DNA from: Candidatus Bathyarchaeia archaeon
GTDB lineage: Archaea > Thermoproteota > Bathyarchaeia > Bathyarchaeales > Bathycorpusculaceae
Length of the DNA: 64,000 nucleotides
Assembly: GCA_049512075.1 (NCBI GenBank)
Contig: JBEKXL010000007.1
Coordinates: 39,751-103,750, forward strand
Direction of reading: 5' to 3'
In this document: piece after piece, positions 19,394 to 29,333 of the stretch
Layout of the letters: each line of letters begins with the position of its first letter
How positions within the stretch are numbered: position 1 is the first letter of the stretch
The notes under the pieces: model-generated
The model's database searches: none
Told to the model about the DNA's origin: nothing
Seen by the model: the letters and a program-made list of their open reading frames with translations, nothing else
Translations under genes and position numbers: made by a program

Positions 19394-20197
19394 CTACTTC
19401 CACCTTTCTATCCATTCCATCGTCTTCGATATCAACTCGTCTTCCTTCCCCTCGTAAGTGGGACCTGCGGATTTTATTACCATGAGTGTTTTCGGATCGT
19501 GTGCCGAAGAGAAGACCTTACGCGCCTCATCTTCACTATGAATGACGTCTGAGTCCCCTATCACGATCAGTACCGGAGTATCCTTCAGTTTTGAAATCTC
19601 TTCACACTCATTCAGCTTCATGAGTTTTTCCCGCACATACCTCAGACGCAAGCTTATCCCGAAGACTTCAAGTCTGAACAGTCTCGAAACGTTCAAGAAT
19701 CGATCTATTCTAGAAAGTAACAGGAAAGTGTAAAGGCCTGATTTCCCCCTTGTGCGGGTTATGAACTTCTTAACGTTATAGTCGTGGTCCTTGGGAGGGG
19801 ACCAAAGGACTAGTCCCTTGATTCGATTCCCGTTCTGAACCGCGCAGAGTGAAACAGCAGCGCCTAAGCTGTGCCCAACAATGAAGATGTTATCCGGCTT
19901 GACTTCAGGTCTGGAAGCCAAGTAGTCCATGGCGCACTTCACGTCTTGTTGTTCGCCGAGGCCGTAGTCAAATTCACCACTGCTTTTCCCGACTCCGCGA
20001 AAATCGAACAAAAAAGAAACAAATCCACTTTGGCAAGCTCTTTCAGCCAACATGGAATAGATTTTCAATCCATGATAGCCTCGAACATCCATAAAGTGAC
20101 AGATCAGGATTCCAGGTGCGGGGCAGTGATCTGGAACACACATTTCGCCGTAAAGCTTGACGTTTCCGCACCGTATCCATGCTTCTTCGACTTTCAC
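19394..20197 (-). CDS. Alpha/beta hydrolase (possible thioesterase)
   Basis: FDFRGVGKSSG, GHSLG nucleophile elbow, IGDSD; likely GTG start at 20197. Confidence 0.85.
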   Translation of the reverse strand: MKVEEAWIRCGNVKLYGEMCVPDHCPAPGILICHFMDVRGYHGLKIYSMLAERACQSGFVSFLFDFRGVGKSSGEFDYGLGEQQDVKCAMDYLASRPEVKPDNIFIVGHSLGAAVSLCAVQNGNRIKGLVLWSPPKDHDYNVKKFITRTRGKSGLYTFLLLSRIDRFLNVSRLFRLEVFGISLRLRYVREKLMKLNECEEISKLKDTPVLIVIGDSDVIHSEDEARKVFSSAHDPKTLMVIKSAGPTYEGKEDELISKTMEWIERWK

Positions 20198-20264
20198 TGA
20201 CGATCCATCCGTGGAAAATATTATTACTTCTAGTAATCCTATATATTTAAGAATAGGGCTGTTT

Positions 20265-21983
20265 ATGTCTGTTAAGAAAAAGAGCAGAAAAGAACCAAGT
20301 CCAATCGAAAAACCTTGGTTCAAGTTTTGGCCTGAAGATGTTCCAAGACACATTGAATACCCTAGTGTTCCACTTTCTGAAATTCTGAGAAAAACCGCCG
20401 AAAACAATCCCAACCAAACCGCAATAATCTATTTTGACAGAGGAATAACCTACAGAGAGCTGGATCAAGCCTCTGATCGTTTTGCGGCTGCGCTTGCGGC
20501 TCTTGAAGTAAAGAAGGGTGATAAAGTCGCAATTTTCCTACCGAACATCCCTCAGTTTGTAATATCGTATTACGGCACTCTGAGGCTTGGAGCTATCGAG
20601 ACGGCTATAAGCCCGTTGTACAAGGAGCGCGAGGTTGAGCACCAGCTCAATGATTCCGAAGCTGAAACCATCGTCATCCTGGATGCGCTTTACCCGATAT
20701 TGGAGAACGTCGTTGCCAGAACCAAGGTCAAGAGAATCATTTTCACAGGCTTGAAGGATTTCATGCCGACTGGCACCGCACTGTTGGGTTCACTGCTCAG
20801 GAAGATTCCATCGTATAGGGTTGAACCAAAACCGGGAACATACTCTTTCAAAGAACTTCTAAAAGAGTATGACGCGAAGCCTCCGAAAGTTGACATCGAC
20901 CCCCAAGAGGATCTAGCCGCCCTGCAGTATACTGGCGGAACGACTGGAATTTCAAAAGGAGCAATGCTCACGCACATGAACCTGGTATCAAACGCAGTCA
21001 TGTGTGCCGAATGGCTTAAGGGAAAACAGGCTGAAGAAAAGTTTCTAACGGTTCTGCCCCTGTTCCACATATACGGAATGACGACAGGAATGAATGCTCC
21101 AATATACCTTGCCGGAAAAATGGTCTTGCTTCCACGCTTCGACGCGGCTGTCACCCTCGAGGCCATCGAAAAAAACAAGGTCACGGTGTTCTGTGGCGCT
21201 CCAACAATGTACGCGATGCTTCTTGCTCATCCAAAGGTCAACAACTTCGATCTGTCATCGGTTCACTTCTGCATTTCCGGTTCGGCCCCGCTGCCCCCTG
21301 AAATTCAGAAAAAATGGATGGAAGTAACAAAGGGAGTTCTCGTCGAAGGTTACGGGCTGACAGAGTCTTCTCCGGTCACTCATTGTAACCCTCTTGACCC
21401 CACTATGAAAACAGTGAAAGTAGGCTCCATCGGCCTGCCTTGGCCAGACACGGATGCGAAAATCATGGATGCGGAAACAGGGGAAACAGAGCTGGGCGTC
21501 AATCAGGACGGAGAGCTTGCCGTTAAGGGACCTCAAGTTATGAAGGGCTACTGGAAGATACCTGAAGAATCTGGAGCTGTTCTGCGAAACGGATGGCTCT
21601 ACACGGGAGACATCGGCAAGATGGACGAAGACGGCTACTTCTACATTACAGACAGGAAGAAGGATCTCATCAAATACAAGGGCTACAGCGTTTACCCGAG
21701 GGAAATTGAAGACGTCATTTATGAACACCCAGCTGTCAAACTCTGTGCAGTCATCGGTAAACCGGATGCGGTCGCAGGTGAGATTCCGAAAGCCTTCGTC
21801 GTGCTTAAAGAAGGGAAAACGGCAACCGCAGATGAGATTAAAGAATTCGCGAACGGCAAAATGGCACCCTACAAAGCAGTAAGAGAAGTCGAATTCAGAA
21901 CTGAGCTACCCATGACTCTGGTGGGCAAGGTTCTGAGAAGAGTGCTTCAAGAAGAGGAGAAGCAGAAGACAGCCAAAGCCTGA
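20265..21983 (+). CDS. fadD: Long-chain fatty acid-CoA ligase
   Basis: YTGGTTGISKG, EGYGLTE, GWLYTGD, DRKKD, GKVLRR. Confidence 0.93.
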   Translation: MSVKKKSRKEPSPIEKPWFKFWPEDVPRHIEYPSVPLSEILRKTAENNPNQTAIIYFDRGITYRELDQASDRFAAALAALEVKKGDKVAIFLPNIPQFVISYYGTLRLGAIETAISPLYKEREVEHQLNDSEAETIVILDALYPILENVVARTKVKRIIFTGLKDFMPTGTALLGSLLRKIPSYRVEPKPGTYSFKELLKEYDAKPPKVDIDPQEDLAALQYTGGTTGISKGAMLTHMNLVSNAVMCAEWLKGKQAEEKFLTVLPLFHIYGMTTGMNAPIYLAGKMVLLPRFDAAVTLEAIEKNKVTVFCGAPTMYAMLLAHPKVNNFDLSSVHFCISGSAPLPPEIQKKWMEVTKGVLVEGYGLTESSPVTHCNPLDPTMKTVKVGSIGLPWPDTDAKIMDAETGETELGVNQDGELAVKGPQVMKGYWKIPEESGAVLRNGWLYTGDIGKMDEDGYFYITDRKKDLIKYKGYSVYPREIEDVIYEHPAVKLCAVIGKPDAVAGEIPKAFVVLKEGKTATADEIKEFANGKMAPYKAVREVEFRTELPMTLVGKVLRRVLQEEEKQKTAKA

Positions 21984-22042
21984 AACATCGTTAATTCTTC
22001 CGTCGCAAGTAAACGCACGCCTTGCTCCTTTCCAAAGAGGGG

Positions 22043-23569
22043 CTACACAGGCTCGTTTATTTTCTTTCCAGTCCTCTTTGTCCACTCTATTATGGGCACC
22101 GAGAACTGTTTTTCGACGTTAGGTCGATGTATGCTGTTGTAGGTGCAGAAGCATCTCACCTTGCCATCGGGTGTGGCATAGTGAATTGCACATCTTTGAA
22201 CACGATCGATGTCTATGTTCCAGACATCCTGGAAGTGCATTATCCCAATCATGACCATTCTGTGCATAAGGTCTCCTAGAGCCTCATAGCTTCCCTTGCG
22301 TACGATGTTCCCAATCAAGCCTCTAACAAAATCAGATTTTGCCATCGGCAGAAGCTTGAGCATCTTCATCTTTGCCATCGTCTTTTTGCCTTTCACTCCT
22401 GAGTAATAGACGTCCCAGAAAACTTCGGCAAATTTGTCAACATCTACGTATCGCATAATGGGCTTGTAAGAACCATCCTTGTCAATAACCAAGAATGTTG
22501 CTGCGCCGCACATGGGACTCATCGTGAACTCTGGATAGGCTCTGTTCTTGATGACGCCCATTCCCTTAGCAATCGGGACTGGCCAGTCAACTGGTCTCCA
22601 GTCAAACCGGCCGACAGCACCTTTCGTTTGTTCCTCTATTTCTTTCATCGTGTCGGGAATGGTTATCCGCATTTTTCGCATTTCCTCTTTTCTGGCTTTT
22701 CCAGCCATTGAAACTGGCTGGATGTTGATGCAGCGGACAACGTCATGGTTCTTGACCGCGAAGTCGATTATCTCTCCCAAGTCCTTGTCGTTGACACCTT
22801 TCGCCAGGGTGACAACCAGAACAATTGAGTGTAGTCCTAACTTTCTTGCGTTTTCTAGTACCTTCAACTTTATGGGAATCATGTCAGCCCTTGCTCTGGT
22901 CTTTTTGTAGATTTCTTCTCTCAAACCGTCAAACTGAAGGTAAAGGGTGCTTAGCCCAGAGTCCAGCAGCTTCTTGAAATATGCAGTGTCTTCAGCGATG
23001 CGAATACCGTTAGTGTTAACCTCCACATGAGTAATCCCAGCTTTTTGAGCCTCCTTAATCAGGTCTGGCAGATCGTTTCTCAACGTCGGCTCTCCTCCGC
23101 TGAACTGCAACGCGTTGCAAGCCCATGGACTGTTGGACCTGAGCACTTTCATCATATCTACAATCTGATCATAAGAAGGCTCATACACGTAGTTGGTAGC
23201 TCCCACGTAAGCAAAACAGATTGGGCAAGCCATGTTGCACCTGTTCGTAACGTCTATGATCCCTAGAATCGTGGGCGTCTTGTGTTGCGGGCAGATTCCA
23301 CAGTCGAACGGACAACCATCAACAGTACTAGTGTGCGGCTTCTCTAGGCCGCTACCCGCATAGCGGGCATTGTGCCAGTTATTATTGAACCACTTGAAAA
23401 GCTCAGCATCACCCCAATAAACATCCTCAAACTTGCCATGCTCAGGGCATGTCTTCTCAAGATAAATCACGCCGTCGTCCTCATATATCCTCATAGGAAT
23501 TTTTTTCATGCATTCTGGACATAGACTAGTCGAATAGGTCTCAAACTTTGATTCTTGTGGCTTCGCCAT
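22043..23569 (-). CDS. tes: Tetraether lipid synthase (Tes/GDGT-MAS, radical SAM)
   Basis: N-terminal SLCPEC...KTCPEHG, GCPFDCGICPQH, CNMACPICFA radical SAM motif, C-terminal RCAIHYATPDG...FCTYN. Confidence 0.88.
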   Translation of the reverse strand: MAKPQESKFETYSTSLCPECMKKIPMRIYEDDGVIYLEKTCPEHGKFEDVYWGDAELFKWFNNNWHNARYAGSGLEKPHTSTVDGCPFDCGICPQHKTPTILGIIDVTNRCNMACPICFAYVGATNYVYEPSYDQIVDMMKVLRSNSPWACNALQFSGGEPTLRNDLPDLIKEAQKAGITHVEVNTNGIRIAEDTAYFKKLLDSGLSTLYLQFDGLREEIYKKTRARADMIPIKLKVLENARKLGLHSIVLVVTLAKGVNDKDLGEIIDFAVKNHDVVRCINIQPVSMAGKARKEEMRKMRITIPDTMKEIEEQTKGAVGRFDWRPVDWPVPIAKGMGVIKNRAYPEFTMSPMCGAATFLVIDKDGSYKPIMRYVDVDKFAEVFWDVYYSGVKGKKTMAKMKMLKLLPMAKSDFVRGLIGNIVRKGSYEALGDLMHRMVMIGIMHFQDVWNIDIDRVQRCAIHYATPDGKVRCFCTYNSIHRPNVEKQFSVPIIEWTKRTGKKINEPV

Positions 23570-23827
23570 TCGAACACTTTCCTAGGATACGAATACTACG
23601 TAGAAACGGAAGCTGTTAATAAATGGTAAAGTGAGCGGCTACACACCAAGTGCATAAACGAGAACTCAAGAGATCGGACAACAGCTTCTTTTCTAGAGCT
23701 CGCGAAAGTCTGCTCCAACCAACTTACGAAGGCAGATCCACATTCCGTAATTACAACTTTGCTCTAGCTCTTCAACAAGGCTTGGTCAAAACGTATATGA
23801 AGTGTGGTTCGTCACTAAAGTTTAGAG

Positions 23828-26116
23828 ATGGCTCCGTTGCGTCTGAAAATTCAAGTCACAGGCATAGTTCAGGGAGTGGGTTTTCGACCGTTTGTTTATC
23901 GAATAGCCGTGCGAAACGGGCTTTCTGGTTATGTTAAGAACCGAGCAGATGCCGGAGTGGAAATTTTGCTGGAAGGTCAAGAGCAGGCCATCCAAGAATT
24001 TTTGAAGAATTTGAAAGAGAACAAACCGCTCTTGGCCCAGTTTCACCACATTATCACCTCGAAGCTTCCGGGAAAGAATGAATGCACAGAATTCGTGATA
24101 AAGAAAAGTTCCAATGAAGCTGAGCTGTCAGGTTCAGTCATCCCGCCTGACATTGCCATTTGTGATGACTGCCTCAGAGAGCTTCGAGATCCCAAAGATC
24201 CGCGGTTTGAGTACTTCTTCATCACGTGTACAAACTGCGGACCAAGATTCACTATAATCGAGAAATTGCCTTATGATCGCGATAACACAACTATGCGCGC
24301 GTTCCCAATGTGCGGCTTCTGCCTGAACGAGTACAAGGATCCTCTGAACAGGCGTTTCCATGCACAGACGGTTGCCTGCCCAAGGTGCGGTCCCCACGTC
24401 TATCTCACAGATGCAAAGGGTGAAGTGTTAAGAGAAAAGGATCCGGTTCGAGGAGCAGGCAAGCTCTTGTCAGAGGGCAACATTCTTGCAGTCAAAGGCT
24501 ACGGCGGTTTCCACGTTGCTGTGTCAACCACCAAATCTGAGCCCTTAATGAGGCTGAGAGAAGTCAAGCATCGAAGCCAGAAGCCCTTTGCTGTCATGGC
24601 TCGAAGCTTAGAAGCGACAAAAACGTTTGCAGAGGTGAGCAAAAGCCAAGCGGAACTTCTGACTTCATACGCCCGCCCGATAGTGCTTTTGAACAAAAGC
24701 AGAGAATATTATTTATCTGATTCAGTCGCTCCGGGGCTGCACAACATCGGCGTGATGCTCCCCTACACAGGTCTGCACTATATGCTGTTTGACAAAGTGG
24801 AAGATTCGGCTTTCGTCATGACGAGCGCTAACCCGCCTAACCAACCTATAACAAAAGACAATGATGAAGCATTAAGAACCCTCAAAGGCACTGTTGACTT
24901 CTTTCTTTTTCATGACCGGCAAATAGCCTATCGTTGCGATGATTCCGTAGTCCGTACTCACGGCGTCAACAGGGTTTTCATAAGACGGTCAAGGAGTTAC
25001 GCGCCCGCCCCGATAACGCTCAGGAGAAAGGCAAGACGTTGCGTTTTAGGCTTGGGAGGGGAGCTGAACAACACCTCCTGCATACTGAACGGTGACAAGG
25101 TCTTCTTTTCTCAACACATAGGCGATGTAGACAACGTCGAAACGAGGGCTTTTCTAGACAATGCCACAAAACACCTGATCCGTCTTACAAACAGCAGGAT
25201 AGATGCAGTCGCGTGTGACCTGCATCCAAAATTCGTTACCACGCAACTTGCCCACCAGTGGGCAGAAGAGAACAGTTGGCAAACAGTACGCGTGCAACAC
25301 CATTACGCACACATTGCTGCACTCATGGTTGAGCACAACGTGGGTGAGATTTTGGGCGTCTGCTGCGACGGCTACGGCTATGGAATAGACGGTGAAGCTT
25401 GGGGAGGGGAGATCCTGTTATGCACTGATGAGGCTTTCGGTTTCAAACGCGTAGCTCATCTTGAAACACAGCCTATGATGGGCGGAGACCTAGCTACCTA
25501 TTACCCGCTGAGAATGGCCGCCGGAATTCTGCATGGTCACGTCGACTTGGAAGATTGGCTACTGAGAAACAAGCAGCACTTTCCACACGGCGAGAAAGAA
25601 GTTAAGATAATTCTTCAACAGCTGAAAAAAAAGGAAAACGCGATTAGAACTACTAGCTGCGGAAGGGTATTGGACGCCGTTTCAGCCGTTCTGGGCATAT
25701 GCCATGAACGTACGTACGAGGGCGAACCATCCGTGAAACTCGAGTCAATCGCAGTGAAAGGCAAGGACGTACTGAAACTCAAACCGATAATACGAGGCGA
25801 CACCCTTGACACTACGCAAGTGCTTCTGGACATTTTTGAAAACAAAGACAAGCATTCTAAGGCAGACTTGGCGTACTCTGCACACGCGTATCTGGCTAAG
25901 GGCTTGGCGGCGTTGGCAATCGAAAAAGCATGCGAGAACAACATCAAGATCGTCGGCTTCTCAGGAGGAGTTGCAGCAAACGAAATCCTAACATTGACCA
26001 TGGGAGAGATTGTGAAGGCATCAGGCCTGCGATTTCTTGTCCACAGAGATGTTCCGCCCGGCGATGGTGGTTTATCGTTTGGTCAGGCTGTTGCATCTAG
26101 GTTTTTCCATTTCTAA
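23828..26116 (+). CDS. hypF: Carbamoyltransferase HypF
   Basis: GIVQGVGFRPF acylphosphatase domain, two Zn fingers, DLHP, QHHYAH, PPGDGGLSFGQ. Confidence 0.96.
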   Translation: MAPLRLKIQVTGIVQGVGFRPFVYRIAVRNGLSGYVKNRADAGVEILLEGQEQAIQEFLKNLKENKPLLAQFHHIITSKLPGKNECTEFVIKKSSNEAELSGSVIPPDIAICDDCLRELRDPKDPRFEYFFITCTNCGPRFTIIEKLPYDRDNTTMRAFPMCGFCLNEYKDPLNRRFHAQTVACPRCGPHVYLTDAKGEVLREKDPVRGAGKLLSEGNILAVKGYGGFHVAVSTTKSEPLMRLREVKHRSQKPFAVMARSLEATKTFAEVSKSQAELLTSYARPIVLLNKSREYYLSDSVAPGLHNIGVMLPYTGLHYMLFDKVEDSAFVMTSANPPNQPITKDNDEALRTLKGTVDFFLFHDRQIAYRCDDSVVRTHGVNRVFIRRSRSYAPAPITLRRKARRCVLGLGGELNNTSCILNGDKVFFSQHIGDVDNVETRAFLDNATKHLIRLTNSRIDAVACDLHPKFVTTQLAHQWAEENSWQTVRVQHHYAHIAALMVEHNVGEILGVCCDGYGYGIDGEAWGGEILLCTDEAFGFKRVAHLETQPMMGGDLATYYPLRMAAGILHGHVDLEDWLLRNKQHFPHGEKEVKIILQQLKKKENAIRTTSCGRVLDAVSAVLGICHERTYEGEPSVKLESIAVKGKDVLKLKPIIRGDTLDTTQVLLDIFENKDKHSKADLAYSAHAYLAKGLAALAIEKACENNIKIVGFSGGVAANEILTLTMGEIVKASGLRFLVHRDVPPGDGGLSFGQAVASRFFHF

Positions 26117-26164
26117 ACCATAATGAATTTATCGCGCCAAACGTTTTCGGGTATCTTGATGGAA

Positions 26165-26392
26165 ATGTGCCTCGCGATTCCAGCAAAAGTTGTAACCATC
26201 AAGCAGGACAAGGCCAAGGTGGACTTTGGCGGAGGAGTAGTGAGGGAGGTCAACGTGACCCTCGTGACCGTTGGAGTCGGCGACTACGTTCTAGTTCATG
26301 CGGGCTATGCCATTCAGGTCTTGGATAAGGAAGAGGCCTTGGAAACCTTACGATTGTGGAACGAGATTCTTGAATTCGAACCCAAGCCATAG
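26165..26392 (+). CDS. hypC: Hydrogenase maturation chaperone HypC
   Basis: MCLAIP N-terminus, VGDYVLVHAGYAI. Confidence 0.95.
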   Translation: MCLAIPAKVVTIKQDKAKVDFGGGVVREVNVTLVTVGVGDYVLVHAGYAIQVLDKEEALETLRLWNEILEFEPKP

Positions 26393-26414
26393 TAACGGGA
26401 CCAGATGAAATGAA

Positions 26415-27506
26415 ATGATTGCGAACGCTAGGTTCAGAGATGAGAATCTTTCAAAACGCGTGGCACAGAAGATTCACGAAGTTGCAGCAAGTGAGGGATC
26501 GGTCAAGATCTGTCACGTTTGTGGCACGCATGAGTGGACGATCACGCATTTTGGCATACGAAGCCTTCTACCCTCAAACATAGAGGTAATAGCGGGTCCA
26601 GGTTGCCCCGTTTGCATAGTTCCAGCATCGGAAATCGATGAAGCCGTGCAACTAGCCATGAAGAAAGTAACGGTAACATGTTTTGGCGACGTTTTGCGCG
26701 TTCCCGGTTCAAAGAGGTCTCTTCTGGATGCTAGAGCTGCAGGGGCCGACATCCGCATTGTTTACAGTGTCGAGGATGCGGTCAGGATGGCTAGGAACGA
26801 GGTTGGCAAGGATTTTGTCTTTTTTGCTGTAGGCTTTGAAACAACCGCGCCGTCCACCGCTGTCGAACTAGTTGGCAAATCGCCGCCTGAAAACCTGAGC
26901 TTTTTGATTTCTCACCGGCTTATCCCTCCTGCTATGGAGCTCCTTGTTAGGATGAGAGATTTGAATCTTGATGGCTTCATTGCACCAGGCCACGTCAGCA
27001 CGATTATCGGACTCAGGCCCTACGAGATTTTTCCAAAGACCTACAAGATGCCCACGGTTGTGGCGGGTTTCGAACCTCTGGACGTCCTATTTGCCATTTA
27101 CATGATTGTGAACCAGATAAAGGAAGGCAAGCCTCAGCTGGAGAACGAGTACGTGCGTGCCGTGCATCGGGAGGGAAACGTGAAGGCTCAGGAAGTGATG
27201 CGCAAAGTCTTTGACATCTCAGATGGCAATTGGCGCGGGCTAGGCGAAATACCCTCTTCTAGGCTCATGCTAAGTCACGATTATGAGGCGTTCGATGCCC
27301 TTTTGAAGTATAAAATACAGGTTGAACGTGGCGTTGACGCACAACACGGTTGTCAGTGTCATCTGGTCATAATCGGCAAAACGAAACCCACAGACTGTCC
27401 GCTATTCATGAAGGCTTGCACGCCGCAAAAGCCTGTCGGCGCCTGTATGGTTGGCAGCGAGGGAACTTGCCGTATTTGGGCAAGGACAGTGAAAATGCCA
27501 GAGTGA
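26415..27506 (+). CDS. hypD: Hydrogenase maturation protein HypD
   Basis: HVCGTHE, GPGCPVC, GFETT, PGHVS, GACMVGSEGTC. Confidence 0.96.
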   Translation: MIANARFRDENLSKRVAQKIHEVAASEGSVKICHVCGTHEWTITHFGIRSLLPSNIEVIAGPGCPVCIVPASEIDEAVQLAMKKVTVTCFGDVLRVPGSKRSLLDARAAGADIRIVYSVEDAVRMARNEVGKDFVFFAVGFETTAPSTAVELVGKSPPENLSFLISHRLIPPAMELLVRMRDLNLDGFIAPGHVSTIIGLRPYEIFPKTYKMPTVVAGFEPLDVLFAIYMIVNQIKEGKPQLENEYVRAVHREGNVKAQEVMRKVFDISDGNWRGLGEIPSSRLMLSHDYEAFDALLKYKIQVERGVDAQHGCQCHLVIIGKTKPTDCPLFMKACTPQKPVGACMVGSEGTCRIWARTVKMPE

Positions 27507-27575
27507 AGTGCTTTCCTGAACTAATGACTTTTGCAGCTCATCACTTCAAATGGGCTGGAAAAGATAGTCCCCAAC

Positions 27576-28643
27576 CTAGCATATTCTTGGTACGGGATCG
27601 CCAATTGGTCTCGCGATTATTCTCTTTCCGCCTATTGTCGTCTGCATTGCGACGTCCGTGAAATCTTTCGTTGTTTCGCCGATGATTTCCGCCTCTTTTC
27701 CGGGTTGTGTTGTCCTCAGAAGCTCCAAGATTTCTTCAGCTTTTTCCTTTACGGCTCCTATTACCACTTTTCCTTCATTTCCGATTTCAAGCGGGTCTAA
27801 GCCCAGCATTTCGCACGCTGCCAGAACATCGTTTCTGACGGGTATCTTGTCCTCCAATGTCAGTATGCCGACCTGCGATTTCTCGCTGAACTCGTTTAGC
27901 GCGTCGGCCAAACCGCCTCTCGTCGGGTCCTTCATGGCTACGATGCCTCCGACTTCACCCAGCAAACGTTGGATCAAACGGTTCAACGGTTTAACATCGG
28001 ATTTTATAGCACTTCCAAAACGCAATCCCTCCTGTGCGGACAAGACGGCTAAGCCATGGTCGCCTACAGTTCCGGACAGGATTATCTTATCCCCAACACA
28101 GAGGTTCGAGTCTAGCGTCCAGCGAGGCTTAAAGTCGCTCCTGAATTGCCTTACAACCTTGAAGTTCTTGTCCAAGGCTACGGTTCGCCTTCCAATCCCT
28201 GACGTGTTTATTATGCATCCGCCCAGACTTCCTTTCTCCACAACCTTGGTGTCTCCAGTAACGATGTTCACGTTTGCTTCAACACATGTTTCCTGCATGC
28301 TCGTCAGGATTCTTTCAAAATCATCCAAGGCCAAACCCTCTTCCAAAACGAAGCCGCATGCCAACGCATATGGTTCTCCCCCAACCATTGAAATATCGTT
28401 GACTGTACCAGAAACTGCTAAGCGTCCAATGTCACCTCCCGGGAAGAATATTGGTTTCACAACGTGCGAATCGCTCTTGAAAACCACGTCACCAACGACG
28501 GCGGCGTCATCCATGGCTTCAAGCGGAACTTCCGCGTTACTGGCTCCTCCGAAATGCTTGACGATGTAGTTTTTAACTAGATCGTGCATGACTGTTCCGC
28601 CTGCGCCGTGCAACATCGTAATATGCCCATTTTCTTCGGTCAA
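27576..28643 (-). CDS. hypE: Carbamoyl dehydratase HypE
   Basis: HGAGG, FPGGDIGRLAVSGTVND, DPTRGG, C-terminal PRIC. Confidence 0.96.
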   Translation of the reverse strand: MTEENGHITMLHGAGGTVMHDLVKNYIVKHFGGASNAEVPLEAMDDAAVVGDVVFKSDSHVVKPIFFPGGDIGRLAVSGTVNDISMVGGEPYALACGFVLEEGLALDDFERILTSMQETCVEANVNIVTGDTKVVEKGSLGGCIINTSGIGRRTVALDKNFKVVRQFRSDFKPRWTLDSNLCVGDKIILSGTVGDHGLAVLSAQEGLRFGSAIKSDVKPLNRLIQRLLGEVGGIVAMKDPTRGGLADALNEFSEKSQVGILTLEDKIPVRNDVLAACEMLGLDPLEIGNEGKVVIGAVKEKAEEILELLRTTQPGKEAEIIGETTKDFTDVAMQTTIGGKRIIARPIGDPVPRIC

Positions 28644-28844
28644 TCTGCCACACTCGCTTTCAACTTGGTACTAACTTCAAGAGTCAAAAATAAACACATC
28701 GTACCACATCGTCGGGTTACTCAAGTCTTTGTGCCAAAAAACGCGTTCGGAGAGCGCAAACAGCTCGGCAAACTGTTTGCTTTAGAGGAAAACCATATAA
28801 ATCACCATACTGCTGTTCATTTGCGCACCTGAGGAGAATATGAA

Positions 28845-29333
28845 GTGCCAAAATGGGGGTACTCAATAGCAGAAGAAGAACTGGATCCGGAGAAAACCGT
28901 GAAAGCCAGTGCAAGACAGATTAGTGTATCCCATAAATCGGCACGAGAAATATGTAGAACAATTAATGGTATGATGCTCACCCAGGCGAAGCAGTATCTT
29001 AAAGATGTCACGGTCAAAAAGAAACCTGTCCCGTTCAAGAGATTCAGAAAGAAATCAGGACATCGCCACGGTCTGGAAAAGGCGTTTGCGGGTAGATATC
29101 CGATCAAAGCTGCTGGGAAGATTCTGAAGCTGCTTGAGGGAGCTGAGGCAAACGCTGAAAATAAAGGTCTCGACACAGACAGACTGCGTATCATTCACGC
29201 GGCCACCAGTCAGGCGATGAAGATTAAGCGTTTTATGCCAAGGGCTCAAGGAAGAACCACACCGAGTTTCAACACTCTGTGCCACGTTGAGATAGCCTTA
29301 GAAGAGCAGCCAGAGAAAGGAGAAGGAGCCTAG
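28845..29333 (+). CDS. rpl22: 50S ribosomal protein L22
   Basis: ISVSHKSAREIC, GRYPIKAA, PRAQGR. Confidence 0.95.
   Translation: MPKWGYSIAEEELDPEKTVKASARQISVSHKSAREICRTINGMMLTQAKQYLKDVTVKKKPVPFKRFRKKSGHRHGLEKAFAGRYPIKAAGKILKLLEGAEANAENKGLDTDRLRIIHAATSQAMKIKRFMPRAQGRTTPSFNTLCHVEIALEEQPEKGEGA

Noticed and set aside
27658-28569. Long antisense ORFs (also 32593-33384, 15945-16538, 51062-51592)
   Set aside because: They lie opposite well-supported genes and show no recognisable motifs.
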